64,000 nucleotides of DNA from the NCBI GenBank assembly GCA_009914755.4, contig CP068257.2, positions 41,376,001-41,440,000 on the forward strand. Direction: 5' to 3'. Under the pieces are notes generated by a model. The model made no database searches. It had not been told where the DNA came from and saw nothing but the letters and a program-made list of their open reading frames with translations. Positions 17,384-34,880 of the stretch are shown one piece after another (the stretch's first letter is position 1; every line of letters starts with the position of its first letter). Made by a program: the position numbers and the translations under genes. The stretch is from the human T2T-CHM13v2.0 reference genome, Homo sapiens.

Positions 17384-17530
17384 CCATTGACTGTGGCCCC
17401 ACTCTTGTACCCATTGACCGTACCTCCTCTCTTGTACTCATTGACTGTGCCCCCCCCTTGTATCCACAACTTTGCCCCCTCCCTTTTACCCCATTGACTG
17501 TGCCTCCTGTGCCCTTTGACTGCACCCCCT
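17384..17530. repeat. Degenerate ~24-bp tandem repeat (CATTGACTGTGCCCC…CTTGTAC-like, ~6 copies)
   Basis: Reiterated cccattgac(t/c)gt(g/a)cc…cttgta(c/t) units read directly. Confidence 0.7.
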
Positions 17531-17679
17531 TAGTGGCTCCAGAATGACGCTGTTGAGGGTGAGTCCCAGCTCAGCCTCTGGCCATCGTGGTGGCTGAGGC
17601 CACATTGCTCAGGCTTCTAAGGTGTAAGTGGCATCACAGCAGTGCCTCCCACGGATTTTGTGAGGGCAGATTGCACTAA

Positions 17680-18055
<376 letters not shown>

Positions 18056-18983
18056 TCCTTGTTCCTTTGAACTGTCTCGCTCAGGACAGGACGGTAGTCC
18101 TTCTGCATCCTGCAAGACTTGGACAGGATTTCTTTCCATTTAACACTGTCTCCTAAAGTGCTGCTTTCCTTGGGGAACTTTGCTGTTCTTGCTAGTCCAG
18201 AACAAGTGGCACAACCGCCCTTGACCTCCACATGACCTTCTCAGGGCAGCCCAGACTCTAAATGTCTGTGACCTGCACCAGCAGCAGCAAGGCCATGCCG
18301 GCCGTGGTCCAGCCCGGCTGCTCTCCCCCACTCTGCAGTGTTTTTCCACACCCATGCTGCAGGTGCTGGTTGCGTTCCTGCTCCATCCTTCAGTGCGGAA
18401 GTGGCATTTTGCGGTTTTCTGTTGTCATGAAGCAAGTGCGCCACACTTGCCTGTCTTATGTGCGTGTGTATATGAGCATGCCCATCTCAGTCTCCCTGAG
18501 CGCCTCTTTTCCACCCGTCTCAGGCCTCTGTGTTAGCTGTTCCCTCTCTCTGAAACACCAAACTCCCTGATCTCAGCCTGTCTCTCCAGTCTCGACGTAA
18601 CAGCATCTTCCCAGCGAGGCCTGCTCTGACCACACGGCCCGGGAAAGCAGCCCAGGCCCCCTCTCACTTCACCCTGTGCCCATTCTTGACCCTGTGTATT
18701 GTGTCTCTCCCTTGCCTGGTTTGTGTCAGGAAGGCAGAGGCCCTGCCTGTCCTGCTCACTGCCGCACCCCAGGCCCAGCATGCTGCCTGGCATGGGCAGG
18801 CATTGACTTGATATTAGCTGGGCAATGAATGACAGTGACTGAAAATGTAATAGCAAGTCAGGGCCTAGCACAGGAAAATAAGTGATTGCTATGTAAGTGA
18901 AGGGTTGCTAAGTAGGATTTGGGTCATAACATACTGTTAAGGATAATTTTTTTGTTCTCTACATGTAAAAATATGTATTTTTA

Positions 18984-19476
<493 letters not shown>

Positions 19477-21051
19477 GTGAGCTTGAACTTGATTCTGCAT
19501 TCTAATTACAAATCAACCTGGCACTCAAGCATGAACATTGCTTTGTATACTTGCAATTCAATTGCCATGAGGTTGCATGCTCAGTGTTAGTGTATTATGC
19601 ATTTATTGTACATTCGTGTTCAGAAAAAAAAGCCATAGAATAATACTATTTCGTTAACTGATACCAAGATTGCCAGGAATCTTGACTTCCCTAAGTCATA
19701 TGACAGTTTCTTGGGAATTTACCTTTTTAATGTCAGTGTTAATTAGCACTGTTACTTTGAAAGAAAACCCGGTTGATTTTCATGATGACAGATTCCCATG
19801 TTGACTGGTGGCTCTTCTGAGTGTCTAACTGGATCAGCTTTTGAATGGGAATCTTGTAGCCTCGTCTCCCCAGTTGTAGGCATGAGAGGGGCTGTCCCAG
19901 TAATGAATCTGCAGGGGCCCCAGTGCTCTATCTTTGTACCTTGCTCGTGCTTGGATGGTTGTGCCATACACAGGCAGCTCTCCATTGCCCTCCCACCATA
20001 GATGAGACTTTGTTCTCCTGGAAGCTGTGGTGTTTTGTGCTTTTGAGTATCTGAGTGTTTTGTGTTCTGTGACCTGAATGAATTGAGGAGCAGGTGGATC
20101 GAGACTTGGCTGAGGCCCTTGTGGTCTTTCTTGGCCTGCGATCTTGTTAAACACGGTGTTCTGAACCCACTGGCATTTGGCTCATCATCCCACTGACTCT
20201 GGAGCCAGTGAAGGGATTTGGCCCTGCCCTTTACTTTCCTGCCCAGCAGGCAGGGGCAGTGCAGTACACCCCCCTCGGCTCTCCTCCCCACCTCGAGGAC
20301 TTCGGTGGCAAGGATCAGGCTCCGGAAAACTCATTGGAGCCATGCTGGTGAGGTCTGAGGAGGGGTTAGGAGCTGAGGCGCTGGGTCCCCCTTTCCCTGG
20401 TGGTTAGTTTTACCAACCAGTCCTTGTTCAGTTCCTGTGGCAGAGATTTTTGTTGTTGGTGGTGGTGGTGTTAGTGTTTTTTTTTTCTCTGTATAGCAAT
20501 TAAAGGAGGGAGATTCTGTGATGTAGTCAGCCTGCTTCCTTAGCCTAGAAGTCCTTAGTCCTTTGGTATTTCCAATTGACTTTTTTTTTTTTTCTAAAAT
20601 GCAAATCTAATAATGTCCCGCCTGAGCTCTCCAGTGGCTCCCTGTGGATTCCTGTGGGTTTCATGCAAAGACTGAGCTGCTCTGTGGCCCGAATCGTCTG
20701 GCCCCTCTGGACCCCAGGACGCCCCCAACATCTCTGCCTGGCATATCTTGGGCACCTCTCTGCCTGCCCTGGAGCACCGGTCCTCACTGTTCCCATCACT
20801 CTTCTCCCTCCTGCCTGCCAGGTCTTTGCTCCGACCCCACTGCTGCCTCCTGTGCACCAAGGCACGGTGACCACCTCCAACACAGCCTGGTTGCTACCAG
20901 CCACCTCCTCCCAGGCAGCTGTGCCAGGTGCAGATGACACCTGGAGCACTGCCCTTTTCATACCCGAGTGTTTCCAAGGGCCTGGGAAGTGTTTAATCAG
21001 CATTATTTTAAATAAACATTGAAATATATCTACAGCGTAGACCTATCATAA

Positions 21052-21474
<423 letters not shown>

Positions 21475-22535
21475 TAAGGCTTTTTATACATGCTGGCAGA
21501 TTGCCTTACACAAATACTGTGTCCACTTAGGCTTTATTGCTTTTATTTTTTTTTTTTAAGAGAAACATAAACAGTTTTCCTAATATGTTGTACCATTTAA
21601 AGGCAGCAGAATAGAAGTCATCTTATTGCAAAAACAAGACATTGGAGGGAAGAGAGCGCAGGGCTGGAGGATGTGAGAGGCGTCCTGTGCGGGTGGGCGT
21701 TCATGGCTGGCCCCCAGTCTGTCTGGACAGTGGGGATGGCCCCGCTCCCATGAGGTCTCCCCGCCCCCGCTGCCCCAAGCTGCTTCCTCAAGGGGCAGAA
21801 GCATGGCCAAATCCACCGCGGGAGAAATGGCCCGTCCTGGTCCTGAGGAAGCTGAGGTCAGGACAGTCTAATCTGCTGCTCATGGATAACTAGAAGTTTA
21901 CTTTCACGAAATTTTGTTTTTGTAAACTGATTTTTTTTAACGATTTAAATGTTTTTTACCTAAATGACAAAGGCATTGCTTGTTTAAAGCAGTTTAAATG
22001 ATAGTATCTTTTAAGGCTTTAAGTAAACACAGCTGGCCTTTTCCTTTCTGAATGCAGTGACATTTTTATGGCTATGTATTGCTGAGGTTTGAGGGTAGAT
22101 ATGGGAGAAGTTCAACCTTGTCCCAAATATGTAGCGTATGGGTTAGGTTGTGTCTGTGACATGGTAAGAAGACCTTGGACTATTTGTCTATGCTTCTCTG
22201 ACTGTAGTATTGCTACACGTGAGGAGATATAGCAATAGACGGAGGAGTAGATTGCACGTGTGCCGTTCTCTTCATTAGGCCATCGCCAGTGTTATTTTAA
22301 AATCATGAGCATTTCACAGACATTGGTTATCTCAGTTCTTAAGCAGTTTGGAAATTTTACCTTTATTTTAAAGCACATTAAATTCAAAGCTGTTTTGTTG
22401 GTAGCATTCTTTACATATGATTGCAGTCATACTGCTGTCTGGCAATTCCCCACTCCAACTGCATTCCTGTTGGAGCATGGAATACCTCGTAGTAGTTTGT
22501 GTTTGCTAATAAGAATTATCTTCCTCCTTTTACAG

Positions 22536-22663
22536 ATGCAAGTAGTAACAGAGTTAAAGACAGAACAAGATCCAAACTGCTCTGAACCCGATGCAGAAGG
22601 AGTGAGCCCTCCCCCTGTGGAGTCTCAGACCCCGATGGATGTGGACAAGCAGGCCATTTATAG
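22536..22663 (+). CDS. PKNOX1: PKNOX1 exon 3 (MQVVTELKTEQDPNCSEPDAEGVSPPPVESQTPMDVDKQAIY + AG of R)
   Basis: Acceptor ttttacag|ATGCAA; donor TATAG|gtagtg; 128 nt ending in phase 2; continuous with exons 2 and 4. Confidence 0.9.
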
Positions 22664-22813
22664 GTAGTGCCCGGGGTGCCGGCTGTGGGGGCCTCAGAGG
22701 AGTGAGGAGTGTCCACAAGTTTGTTAAAAGGAACACCAGAACTAGTAGCGAGGCAGAGTTGTGAGGTGCCATTATGATGTGATAACTGCTCGGCTGAAAA
22801 TTTTCTCAGATTA

Positions 22814-23108
<295 letters not shown>

Positions 23109-23152
<44 letters not shown>
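23109..23152. repeat. (CA)n microsatellite (~21 units) replacing the Alu A-tail
   Basis: cacacaca… run. Confidence 0.95.
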
Positions 23153-23154
<2 letters not shown>

Positions 23155-23537
23155 GATGTTATTTCTAATACCTATAAAAGTTTTAGAATATCAATCTATA
23201 AATTTTGTGTAACCTTGCAAAAAGAAATATTCAGGCACAGATGATTTTACTGAGAATTCTACCCAACATATAAAGAAGAAGAGAGCAGCAAGTCTGCATA
23301 GTCTCTTTCAGGAAGTAGAGGAGGAGTGAATGCTTCCCAACTCACTTTATAATTGACATCACTCTGACACTAAGACCAAAGACAATACCAAATAAGGAAA
23401 ATACAGGCCAATATCCTTCATGAACTTAGATGTAAAAATCATCAATAAAATATTAACAAATCAATTCTAGCAATATGTGAAAAGAATAATACGTAGCGAC
23501 CAAGTCAAGTTTTTCCTGGGAATGTCAGACTTGTTTA

Positions 23538-23871
<334 letters not shown>

Positions 23872-24087
23872 TTATATATAACTCAGCAATTCTACTCCTA
23901 TGCATATGTATACCTAACACAAATGAAAAAAGTCCACACAAAAACGTGTACATGAATTTTCATAGCAGCACAGCCTATCATGGCCAAAAGCTGGAAACAG
24001 TGCCCATGCCCATCAACTGATGAATGAACAGACACATTATGGCATCTCCATGCAATGCAAGAATATTTAGCAGTAAAAGGAATGAAG

Positions 24088-24690
<603 letters not shown>

Positions 24691-25112
24691 GGAATAAAGT
24701 ACTGATACCCGTAAAACACTGGTAAGCCTTGGACACTTTATGCTGAGGGAAACAAGCCAGACACCACGGTCACAGGTTAGACGGTTCCCATTTAGACAGA
24801 ATGTCTAGAAGAGGCAAATATATAGAGATAGCAAGTAGGTTCTAACAGGCTGGGGTCTGGGAAAAAATGGAGAATGACTGCTATTGGATACAGGGTTTCT
24901 TTGCGGGGATCATGGAAATGTTCCAAAGTTGACGGCGGCAATGCTGTGCAACTGTAAAAACCGTTGAATTGCATACTTTCAACGGGTGGACCGTGTGGCG
25001 TGTGCATTTTCACCCAACAGAGGTGTTAGTGAAGTAGTGCAGGCATACACGCAAAGACATTCTCACGGAGATGTAGAACGTAAATGGATTCTTTTTTTTC
25101 TTTTCTCCTCAG

Positions 25113-25284
25113 GCATCCACTATTTCCATTATTAGCTTTGTTGTTTGAAAAATGTGAACAATCTACACAGGGCTCTGAAGGCACAACTTCTGCCAGTTTT
25201 GATGTAGACATCGAAAATTTTGTAAGAAAGCAAGAGAAGGAAGGGAAACCTTTCTTTTGTGAAGATCCAGAAACCGATAATTTA
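25113..25284 (+). CDS. PKNOX1: PKNOX1 exon 4 (…R HPLFPLLALLFEKCEQSTQGSEGTTSASFDVDIENFVRKQEKEGKPFFCEDPETDNL; MEIS-homology region 1)
   Basis: Acceptor ttctcctcag|G; donor TTA|gtaagt; 172 nt, frame verified; the HPLFPLLALLFEKCE motif is characteristic of the MEIS/PREP family. Confidence 0.92.
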
Positions 25285-25629
25285 GTAAGTAAAATAAATT
25301 TTATTTTTAGTTTTCAAAATGTGAAATCTGTTCATGAAATTTTAGGCTTCTAAGTAGAACTTTAGACTGCTTGTAGTTCTGCTAAAGGAGAGACTCATAC
25401 AACTCTAAAAGAATTTTTATGGTGTGTGTAATGTGGATATCCCCAAGTCTTCCAGCCTTCTCTAGGTATCTTTTATTTATTTAGTTTTTATTTTTAGATT
25501 TATTTTATTTTTGTAGACACATCTTACTGTATTCCCCCAGATGGTCTCAAACTCCTGGCCTCAAGCAATCTTCCCTCCTCAGTCTCTCAAGGCCCAACCT
25601 ACCCTTTCCTTTAAAAATAAAATAAAATA

Positions 25630-25958
<329 letters not shown>

Positions 25959-26015
25959 TTTGAGCCTCCATGCCAAATGGACACGGGGATTCAGTTCTCT
26001 GCACAGTGTTTGTAA

Positions 26016-26426
<411 letters not shown>

Positions 26427-27336
26427 GACAGCTCTGTCTTGAGGCTGACAGTGATTTGTGATGCCCTCCCCCCAGGGCCAGGGCTCCAAAATCCAGTGTT
26501 TTCTGTGCCCTCCAGAGGCAATGGAGAACATCTTGGTTCCGTCATCACTGGATTGCTCTGAATGAGCTGCACCTGAGGCACCTGTACAGCACTGTCAGCT
26601 TTGGGCAGACCACACTCTCTGGGTGTGCTCTCCTGCCAGAGTGTAACCACGTGTTTACTTCTCAGAGCTGGATACACAAAGATCCGGCATCAGGGAACCT
26701 TCACTGGATTCCCTTCGAGCCATCTTGGTCCCATATCAAAACCCTGGTTAGGGCCTTCAACAGAAAAGGTTTTTGGAAAACTCATTTTTCCTGAATAAAT
26801 TGCTGAGGTCTTAGTTTTTAAGAAAATTCTCATTATATACTCGATGCTTACCATGAAACAGATTTTGTGGGTGAGTTATCTGACTTGAATCTGTCTCCTC
26901 CTCTCTGAGATGAGACTAACAGTGCATGCTCTTTGGGTGAGGATCCGATGCTCTCTCCACCCCTGAGTCTGTGGTCCACATCCATCTTCCCATTGGCCCA
27001 CACCTGGCTTGGCCCAGTGAGTAGAGCACAGGTGTCCTCTGCACCCCACTAGGCTGGCAGGGACCAAGGTTCTCTTGACTGGTGAGTGTTTAGCACAGGG
27101 CCTAGCAGAGTTTGACACTCCATCATTTTTGTTACTGAGTGATTCATTTATTCACTGCATAGATACCTACGAATTCCTACCACCAGATTTACAGGTGAAG
27201 GAGATGGGCTTCGGAGCTGCTGATTCATAGGCAGCTGGTGCTTATGAAAATGGCTGCATTATTGGTATTAGTTATCTATTGCTGTGGGACAAATTACCCC
27301 AAAATGTAGTTACTTAATATAAAACTATACAACTTT

Positions 27337-27646
27337 GGCCAGGCGTGGTGGCTCACGCCTGTAATCCCAGCACTTTGGGAGGCTGAGGCAGGTGGATCAC
27401 CTGAGGTCAGGAGTTCGTGAACAGCCTGACCAACATGGTGAAACCCCATCTCTACTAAAAATACAAAAATTAGCTGGGCATGGTGGTGCACACCTGTAAT
27501 CCCAGCTACTCAGGAGGCTGAGGCAGGAGAATCACTTGAACCCAGAAGGCAGAGGTTGTAGTGAGCTGAGATCGCACCACTGCACTTCAGCCTCCAGCTT
27601 GGGCAATAAGAGTGAAACTCTGTCTCAAAAAACAAAACAAAACAAA
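27337..27646 (+). mobile_element. Alu (sense) with (CAAAA)n tail
   Basis: GGCCAGGCGTGGTGGCTCACGCCTGTAATCCCAGCACTTTGGGAGGCTGAGGCAGGTGGATCACCTGAGGTCAGGAGTTCG…. Confidence 0.9.
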
Positions 27647-28126
27647 ATGATATAACTTTTAGAAAAATCGCAAGAGAAAATCTTGAGGATCTAGAACTAG
27701 GCAAAGACACCAAAATGGAACTTTATGAAAATGTAGCACTAGCCTAGGGTGAGTGTGGATGTATCACTATTTGTGGATGTAGAAACAGGAGTAGATGAGG
27801 GTGAGTCACTTGTCCTGCCTGCCACAGAGCGAATCAGTGGAAGGGCTAGGCTTTGGCTCACAGCCCACACACCTAGCACTGGGATGCACCGAGGTCACCA
27901 CCACGCGCCTTTGTCTTCCCTGCACACCAGATGCAGCCAAACACCAAAGCCCAGGTCAGTGGCACCGGAACAACACATCAGTTTAGAGGATTTCTGATGT
28001 TATTCCACTTTGGTTATTGGCAGTAGAGATGGTTCTATCTAATGACTAAGAACTGGTATGTAGGATCATGATAACTTACAATAATGCCACCTTTTTCTCT
28101 GAAAGTCTTCATTTTCTCTGCTCTAG

Positions 28127-28297
28127 ATGGTAAAAGCAATCCAGGTTTTGCGCATTCATCTTCTTGAGCTGGAAAAGGTTAACGAACTCTGCAAAGATTT
28201 CTGCAGTCGATACATTGCTTGTCTGAAAACAAAAATGAACAGTGAAACTCTGTTGAGTGGAGAGCCTGGAAGCCCGTACTCACCAGTGCAGTCCCAG
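28127..28297 (+). CDS. PKNOX1: PKNOX1 exon 5 (MVKAIQVLRIHLLELEKVNELCKDFCSRYIACLKTKMNSETLLSGEPGSPYSPVQSQ; MEIS-homology region 2)
   Basis: Acceptor ctctgctctag|ATGGTA; donor CAG|gtactt; 171 nt, phase 0 at both ends. Confidence 0.92.
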
Positions 28298-28559
28298 GTA
28301 CTTACATTTGGGGGTCTCGCTTTCCCTCTCTGCCACTGTGAACATCTGCATTGAGTCATGAGACCACCAGCTCTTTCAGAATTCACTGGGTCATCTTTAT
28401 GACTTTCTACAAGAAGGACCCTCTAGGTCTCTGACCCCAGCCTGGTTTGGGAATGAACTCCCTCAGATTATGAAGTGAGTCCTCAATCTGCATACTGGGC
28501 CCCCGGTCCCATGTTTATGGAAGGCACAATTCCATTCATTTCTTTCTTTTATTTCTTCT

Positions 28560-31100
28560 GAAAATATTTTACTTATTCTTTTGAAAAATTGTGTAAAATA
28601 CACATAATATAAAATTTACCATCTTAGCTGTTTTAAAATTTACAGTTCAATGGTGTTAAGTTTATTCACATTGTTGGGCAACCATCAACACCATCCATCT
28701 CCAGAACTTTCTCATCTTCTCAAACTCAAACTCTGACCCCATTAAACACTCATTCCGGATTCCCCCTCCCCTAGCCCCTGGAACCCACCGTTCTACTGTC
28801 TGTCTCTGTGAATTCGATGACTCCAGGTCTCTCATGTTAAGCGGAATCGTACAGTGTTTGTCCTTCTGGATCCTTTGCTTGTTTCATTGTGCAGAATGCC
28901 TGGAGGGTTCATCCATGCGGAAGCACTATTGTGTTTTAGCCATTCTGATGATATGTAGTGATATTAATATTTCTTTGTGGTTTTAATTTTCATTTCCCTG
29001 ATGGCTAATAATGTTGAACATTATTATACCCTCTGTGTATTTTCTTTGATAAAATGTCTGCTGCTTATGTCTTTTGCCTTTTTTTTTTTTTTTTTTTTGA
29101 GACAGAGTCTCACTCCATCACCCAGGCTGGAGTGCAGTGGCGCGATCTCGGCTTACTGCAAACTCCGCCTCCTGGGTTCATGCCATTCTCCTGCCTCACC
29201 CTCCTGAGTAGCTGGGACTACAGGTGCCTGCCACCACACCCGGCTAATTTTTTGTATTTTTAGTAGAGACGGGGTTTCACCGTATTAGCCAGGATGGTCT
29301 CGATCTCCTGACCTCGTGATCCGCCCGCCTTGGCCTCCCAAAGTGCTGGGATTACAAGCATGAGCTACCACGCCTGGCCGTCTTTTGCGCATTTTTTAGT
29401 TGGATTTTTTTTTAACTTCTGAGTGTTGAGAGTTCTTTGCTTATTGTAGATACTAGTTCTCTGTTGGATATGTGGTTTGCAAGTGTTTTCTCCAAGTCTA
29501 TAGTAGCTAAGTATTTTTCTCATCCTCTTAACAGGTCTTTTTCAGAGCCAGCCTTTTTAATTTTAATAAAGTTCAATTTATTAGGTTTTCCTTTTATGGA
29601 TCATTCTTTTGGTGTCAAGTCTAAGAACTCTTTGCCTAACCCTAGGTCCCAAAGACTTCGTCTTAAGTTTTTTCCTAAAAGTTTTTAAATAGAGACAAGG
29701 TCTCACTATGTTGCCCAGGCTTGTCCCAAACTCCTGGGCTCAAGTGTGAACCACCATGCCTGGCCTCAAAAGTTTTATAGTTGTACATTTTGCATTTAAA
29801 TCCGTGATCCATTTTGAGTGGATTTCTCTATAGAATAACTCTCAAAGCTGGGCACATTGTTTCCTCCCACCCTGTGATTCCTTTTCAAAATTGTTTAGCT
29901 GTTCTGGTTCCTTTGCCTGTCCACATAAATTTTAGAATGCTCTTGTGTAGAGCTACAAAAACATCTTGCTTAGATTTTGATAGGAATTGTATTATACCTG
30001 TATATCAATCTGGGGAGAATTGACATCTTTACTGCATTAAGTCTTCCAGTCCACAGGTATGGCATGTCTCTCCATTGATTGACAACTCTGATTTCATTCA
30101 TCAGTGCTTTGTAGTTTTTGACACATAAGTTGTGTACATGCGTTTTTAGAATTATACCCAAGCATTTCCTTTCCTGGCCTGTGCCATCTCGAATAAGAGT
30201 GGCAAGAGCAGACATCCTTGCCTTGTCACCGCCTTAGGGGACACCTTTCAGTCGCTCACTGTCGATGATGTTGGTTGCAGGTTTCTTTCTAGATGCTCTT
30301 TATCAAGTTAAGGAGGTTATCCTATATTGCTTTTTTTCTGAGAGATTTTATTTTGTTCAATTTTGTTAAATGCTTTTCCAGCATTGATTGATATGATTAT
30401 GTGATTTTTCTTCTTTAGCCTGTTAATAATGGACATTACATGGATTGGTTTTTTGAATATTGAACAAGCCTTCTATTCCTGGAATAAACTCCACTTGGCC
30501 ATGGCACATAATTCTTTTCATATGTATTCTTGAATTCTATTGGCTAATATTTTGTTCAGCATTTTTGTCTATATTTGTAAGGGATATTGGTGTATAGTTT
30601 TGTTTTTCATACTGTCTTTGGTTTTGGTATCAAAATACACAAACTTACATAAAATGGATTGGGAAGTATTCCCTCCTCTTATTTTTTTCTGGAGATTATG
30701 TAGACTTGGTGTTATTTCTTAAATGTTTGAGAAATAGAATTGATCTATTTCACCTAAGATGTTAAATTTAGGAGTTTAGAGTTGGTCTAGTATTCTCTTC
30801 ATAGCCTTTTGGTGTTAGCAGGGTCTATAGTGATCTCTTCCTGTTTTATTTCTGATATTGATCTTTTGTGTCTCTATTTTTTTTTTAGTCAGTCTTTCTA
30901 GAGGTTTATGTAATTTTCAAAGAACAGTATTTTGTTTTATTGATTTTTTTGGTTGTTTTTCTGTTTTCAGTTTCATTGATTTCACCTTGATCTTTATTAT
31001 TTCCTTTCTTCTGCTTTCGGTTCATGATGTTCCTCTTTTTCTAAGATCTTAAGGTGGAAGCTGGGATGATTGATTTGACTAGCTTAACTTTTATTACAGC
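28560..31100 (-). mobile_element. L1 fragment (antisense; 3' end through ORF2 RT region), interrupted by an AluY (29079-29379) and an Alu fragment (29683-29768)
   Basis: Antisense-L1 hallmarks: …caaccatcaacaccatccatctccagaactttctcatcttctcaaactcaaactctgaccccattaaacactcattcc…cccctggaacccaccgttctactgtctgtctctgtgaattcgatgactcc…; then tgcaagtgttttctccaagtctatag…; then …catctttactgcattaagtcttccagtccacaggtatggcatgtctctccattgattg…gtcaccgccttaggggacacctttcag…. Confidence 0.8.
29079..29379 (-). mobile_element. AluY-like (antisense) nested in the L1, TSD GTCTTTTGC
   Basis: Poly-T(20) head; GGTTCATGCCATTCTCCTGCC; the flank repeat tgtcttttgc(c/g) lies on both sides. Confidence 0.9.
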
Positions 31101-31966
31101 CTAATTAATGTGGCAGGCTTTAAGCGTAGCCACTAAGCTTACACATTCCGCTCGATGATGGCCCACAGAATCACCGCCTTGGGGTGGCGTCCCCTTATGC
31201 TATGTAACTGCTCACATGTCAGGGCACATGAGTGTGCCAGGCCCGGCACTGGAGGCTCCTCTCCCCTGCCAGCTGCCCACCCAGGCGTCACAGTCAGTGG
31301 ATAAAGTGGCCCATGTGGATCTAACCCCAGATGCATAGAGTCCTCCATGGGGCATGTAGAAACATTTGCATGGGGCTCGCTGTAGGCCGGGCACAGTTCC
31401 AAGCACTGTACAAGCAAGAACACTGGGGAAAGCCAAGATCACACTTAGTCCGTGCCGGGGTCAAGAGTCAAGGTGGGTGCCAGGGGCTGACTCCCCAGCA
31501 CAGCTTGGAATACCTCAGCCCTGGTCACTTCTAGTGCCTCCCAGGCCTGTGCTATAATCTCTTGAATGCTCTTATCGGTCAGGGAGAGCTTGGTTCATGG
31601 AAAACTCAAGAGTCCACCAAGCCAAGTCTAATGAAAAAGATGTGTGATCAGAAAGCAGGGTCTTCCTCGATATACTCCTGGGCTGTAAGGCACGTGGAAT
31701 ATGGCAGTGAGATGAAGATAATCTTTTGGAAGCCACAGTGCAGGCTGACGTTGCAGGCTGGCTTGTTGTGTTTAATACACAGTTGAACATCTCTTGCTTT
31801 CCGTGTGTGCTGCGTGCATTCTGAAGCCGCGTCATCTGAGGATGTTCTTTCCCTCAAGCTTCTCTTTCCTTTTTTAATGGTGTCATTATGCTACTTATGT
31901 TAAAGTTTTAAACATGGGTTTTCCGTTTTCTAGTAATTCCTTCAACATGTGTGTTCTGACTTGCAG

Positions 31967-32066
31967 CAGATTCAAAGTGCCATCACAGGCACCATCAGCC
32001 CTCAGGGAATTGTGGTGCCGGCGTCCGCGCTGCAGCAGGGAAACGTAGCCATGGCGACGGTGGCAG
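31967..32066 (+). CDS. PKNOX1: PKNOX1 exon 6 (QIQSAITGTISPQGIVVPASALQQGNVAMATVA + G)
   Basis: Acceptor ctgacttgcag|CAGATT; donor GCAG|gtacga; 100 nt. Confidence 0.9.
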
Positions 32067-32987
32067 GTACGATGACAGAAAAATGGACACACTCTCCATG
32101 AGTTTTTGCAGAAAATGGTCCTGTGTGTTAGAATGACAGTATAAATATAATTTCAAGTTCATGCCATTTTCTAATATAGCAATGTTAGAAGCTAGAGGTC
32201 TCTGAATGCCTCTTTCTTGTTAATACTCAATAACAAATATTTTATGCAGATTGTGTTTCTTTGTTTCTCTACCAAAAATATATTGGAAAGAAAAAAGGTT
32301 TTATGTAGGAATTGAAAATATACACCAAAAACCAGTTGTCATTTTCAAATAACATAGCTTTTTGTTGTGCTTTTAATAGCACCGTGAAAATCTTAAGTTT
32401 TATCATTAATTGATGACAAATAAAAATGCAGTCTTAACATTGGTATTACTTGTAGAACAAAACCGTTACAGGAAAGGGACAGATTCCAGAGTTCCCTGAT
32501 GCGTAGAGAACATTGAAAACACAAAGCATCATGGAAATGGGACACGGCGAAGAGGGAGGGGTAGAAATTTACACCAAAGACCTCACATAATAGCACAAAG
32601 GGAAACCTCAGTGGGAAAAAAAAAAAGCACCATTGATCCAAAAATATAACTAGAATTAAAATAGTTATTATTTAGTACCCTTGGCCAAATCCTTAACATG
32701 TGCTAATTTTAGGAAATAGTAGAAAGCAGAGGCTAGCAAAAGGAAGGGAGCCCTCACACCCCAGGTCAGTTGGTGGTGTGTGAGCCGGGCTGTGTGGGCT
32801 GCCAGGCACATAGCGCCCACCCACCTGCCCACCCACTGCTGCAGGTGCCCGAGTAGCCCACCCAGGGAGTTTGTTTTGATACTTTATAGTGACAAGTCAA
32901 CTGGCAAAGGATTGTTGATCTTTTGAAATGATTAAAAAGCTCATCAAACCAGGGATTTTATTCCTTTTGTAAGTATATCAAGAAGAG

Positions 32988-33131
32988 GGCTGGTCGCAGT
33001 GCCTCACATCTGTAATTCCAGCACTTTGGGAGGCCAAGGCAGGAGGATCAGTTGAAGCCAGGAGTTAGAGACCAGCCTGGGCAACAAAGCAATGTCCCTG
33101 TCTCTACAAAAAAAAAAAAAAAAAAAAAAAA
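32988..33131 (+). mobile_element. FLAM/Alu monomer (sense) with 25-nt poly-A, 60 bp upstream of exon 7
   Basis: GGCTGGTCGCAGTGCCTCACATCTGTAATTCCAGCACTTTGGGAGGCCAAGGCAGGAGGATCAGTTGAAGCCAGGAGTTAGAGACCAGCC…. Confidence 0.8.
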
Positions 33132-33193
33132 GAAGAATGGTTTAAATCATTGAGACTTAAAAGCAGCCTCATATTTTTATTCTCCCTTTCGAG

Positions 33194-33291
33194 GTGGCAC
33201 AGTGTATCAGCCTGTCACGGTCGTCACTCCCCAAGGCCAAGTGGTCACACAGACATTGTCGCCTGGGACAATTAGGATCCAGAACTCCCAG
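33194..33291 (+). CDS. PKNOX1: PKNOX1 exon 7 (GT + GTVYQPVTVVTPQGQVVTQTLSPGTIRIQNSQ)
   Basis: Acceptor ccctttcgag|GTGGCA; donor CCCAG|gtgcgt; 98 nt; closes the phase from exon 6. Confidence 0.9.
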
Positions 33292-33850
33292 GTGCGTGCG
33301 CCATTTTATGGAAGGCTTTGGGGGCGAGTGCTGCCCACATAGGGGCACAGGTAGAACAAGCATGAGCCCTTCCCTCTGCCTGAAGAGCTTTGTCTTGTGT
33401 AGCAATTTCTGGTTTCTCTGAATGTCAGTGTTTTGTTTCTTTGTACTCTTATCTCTCGCATTGTAGAGAATTTGCAAAGTTCAGAAAATTCTGAAAGAAC
33501 AGGAAAAAAGTCACTCATAACCACCCCCGGCGCCCCCACCCCCCCCCCCCACACACACACACAGAGTTATCCAGTGCTAACGTTGGATCATGTGCACGTG
33601 CACCAGGGGCAGAGGTCTTGTAGGCACACACTCCCCAGGGTCCCCACAAAGGGCACGGCAGAACTGCCAGGCAAGCTTTTCAGACCAGTGAGCCTGGCCC
33701 ACACCTCCATCATGACAGTGTCATTGGGCCAGGGCTTTCAGGCCTCTCTGTCACCCAGGCTGGAGTGCAGTGGCGCTATCTCTGCGGCTGCTGAGCCTTG
33801 CCCGTCTTTGGTGTGTGTTATCAGTTCTTACTTTAAGAACATTGATTCTG

Positions 33851-34461
<611 letters not shown>

Positions 34462-34577
34462 CACATTTTTTTGAGACTTTGCAAACCTAAAAATGAGTTT
34501 ATTTTAATCTCATATTTGATATGCAGTCTGTTTACTTGTAGAATTCCGGGTTGAAAATCCTTTCTACCCAACATTGA

Positions 34578-34880
<303 letters not shown>

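Noticed and set aside
28560-31100. Long T-rich stretch with ORF-like frames (e.g. 30540-30722, 30858-31052)
   Set aside because: Antisense strand of a degenerate L1 ORF2; the sense-strand ORF2 is riddled with stops and interrupted by Alus. Not a functional RT gene.
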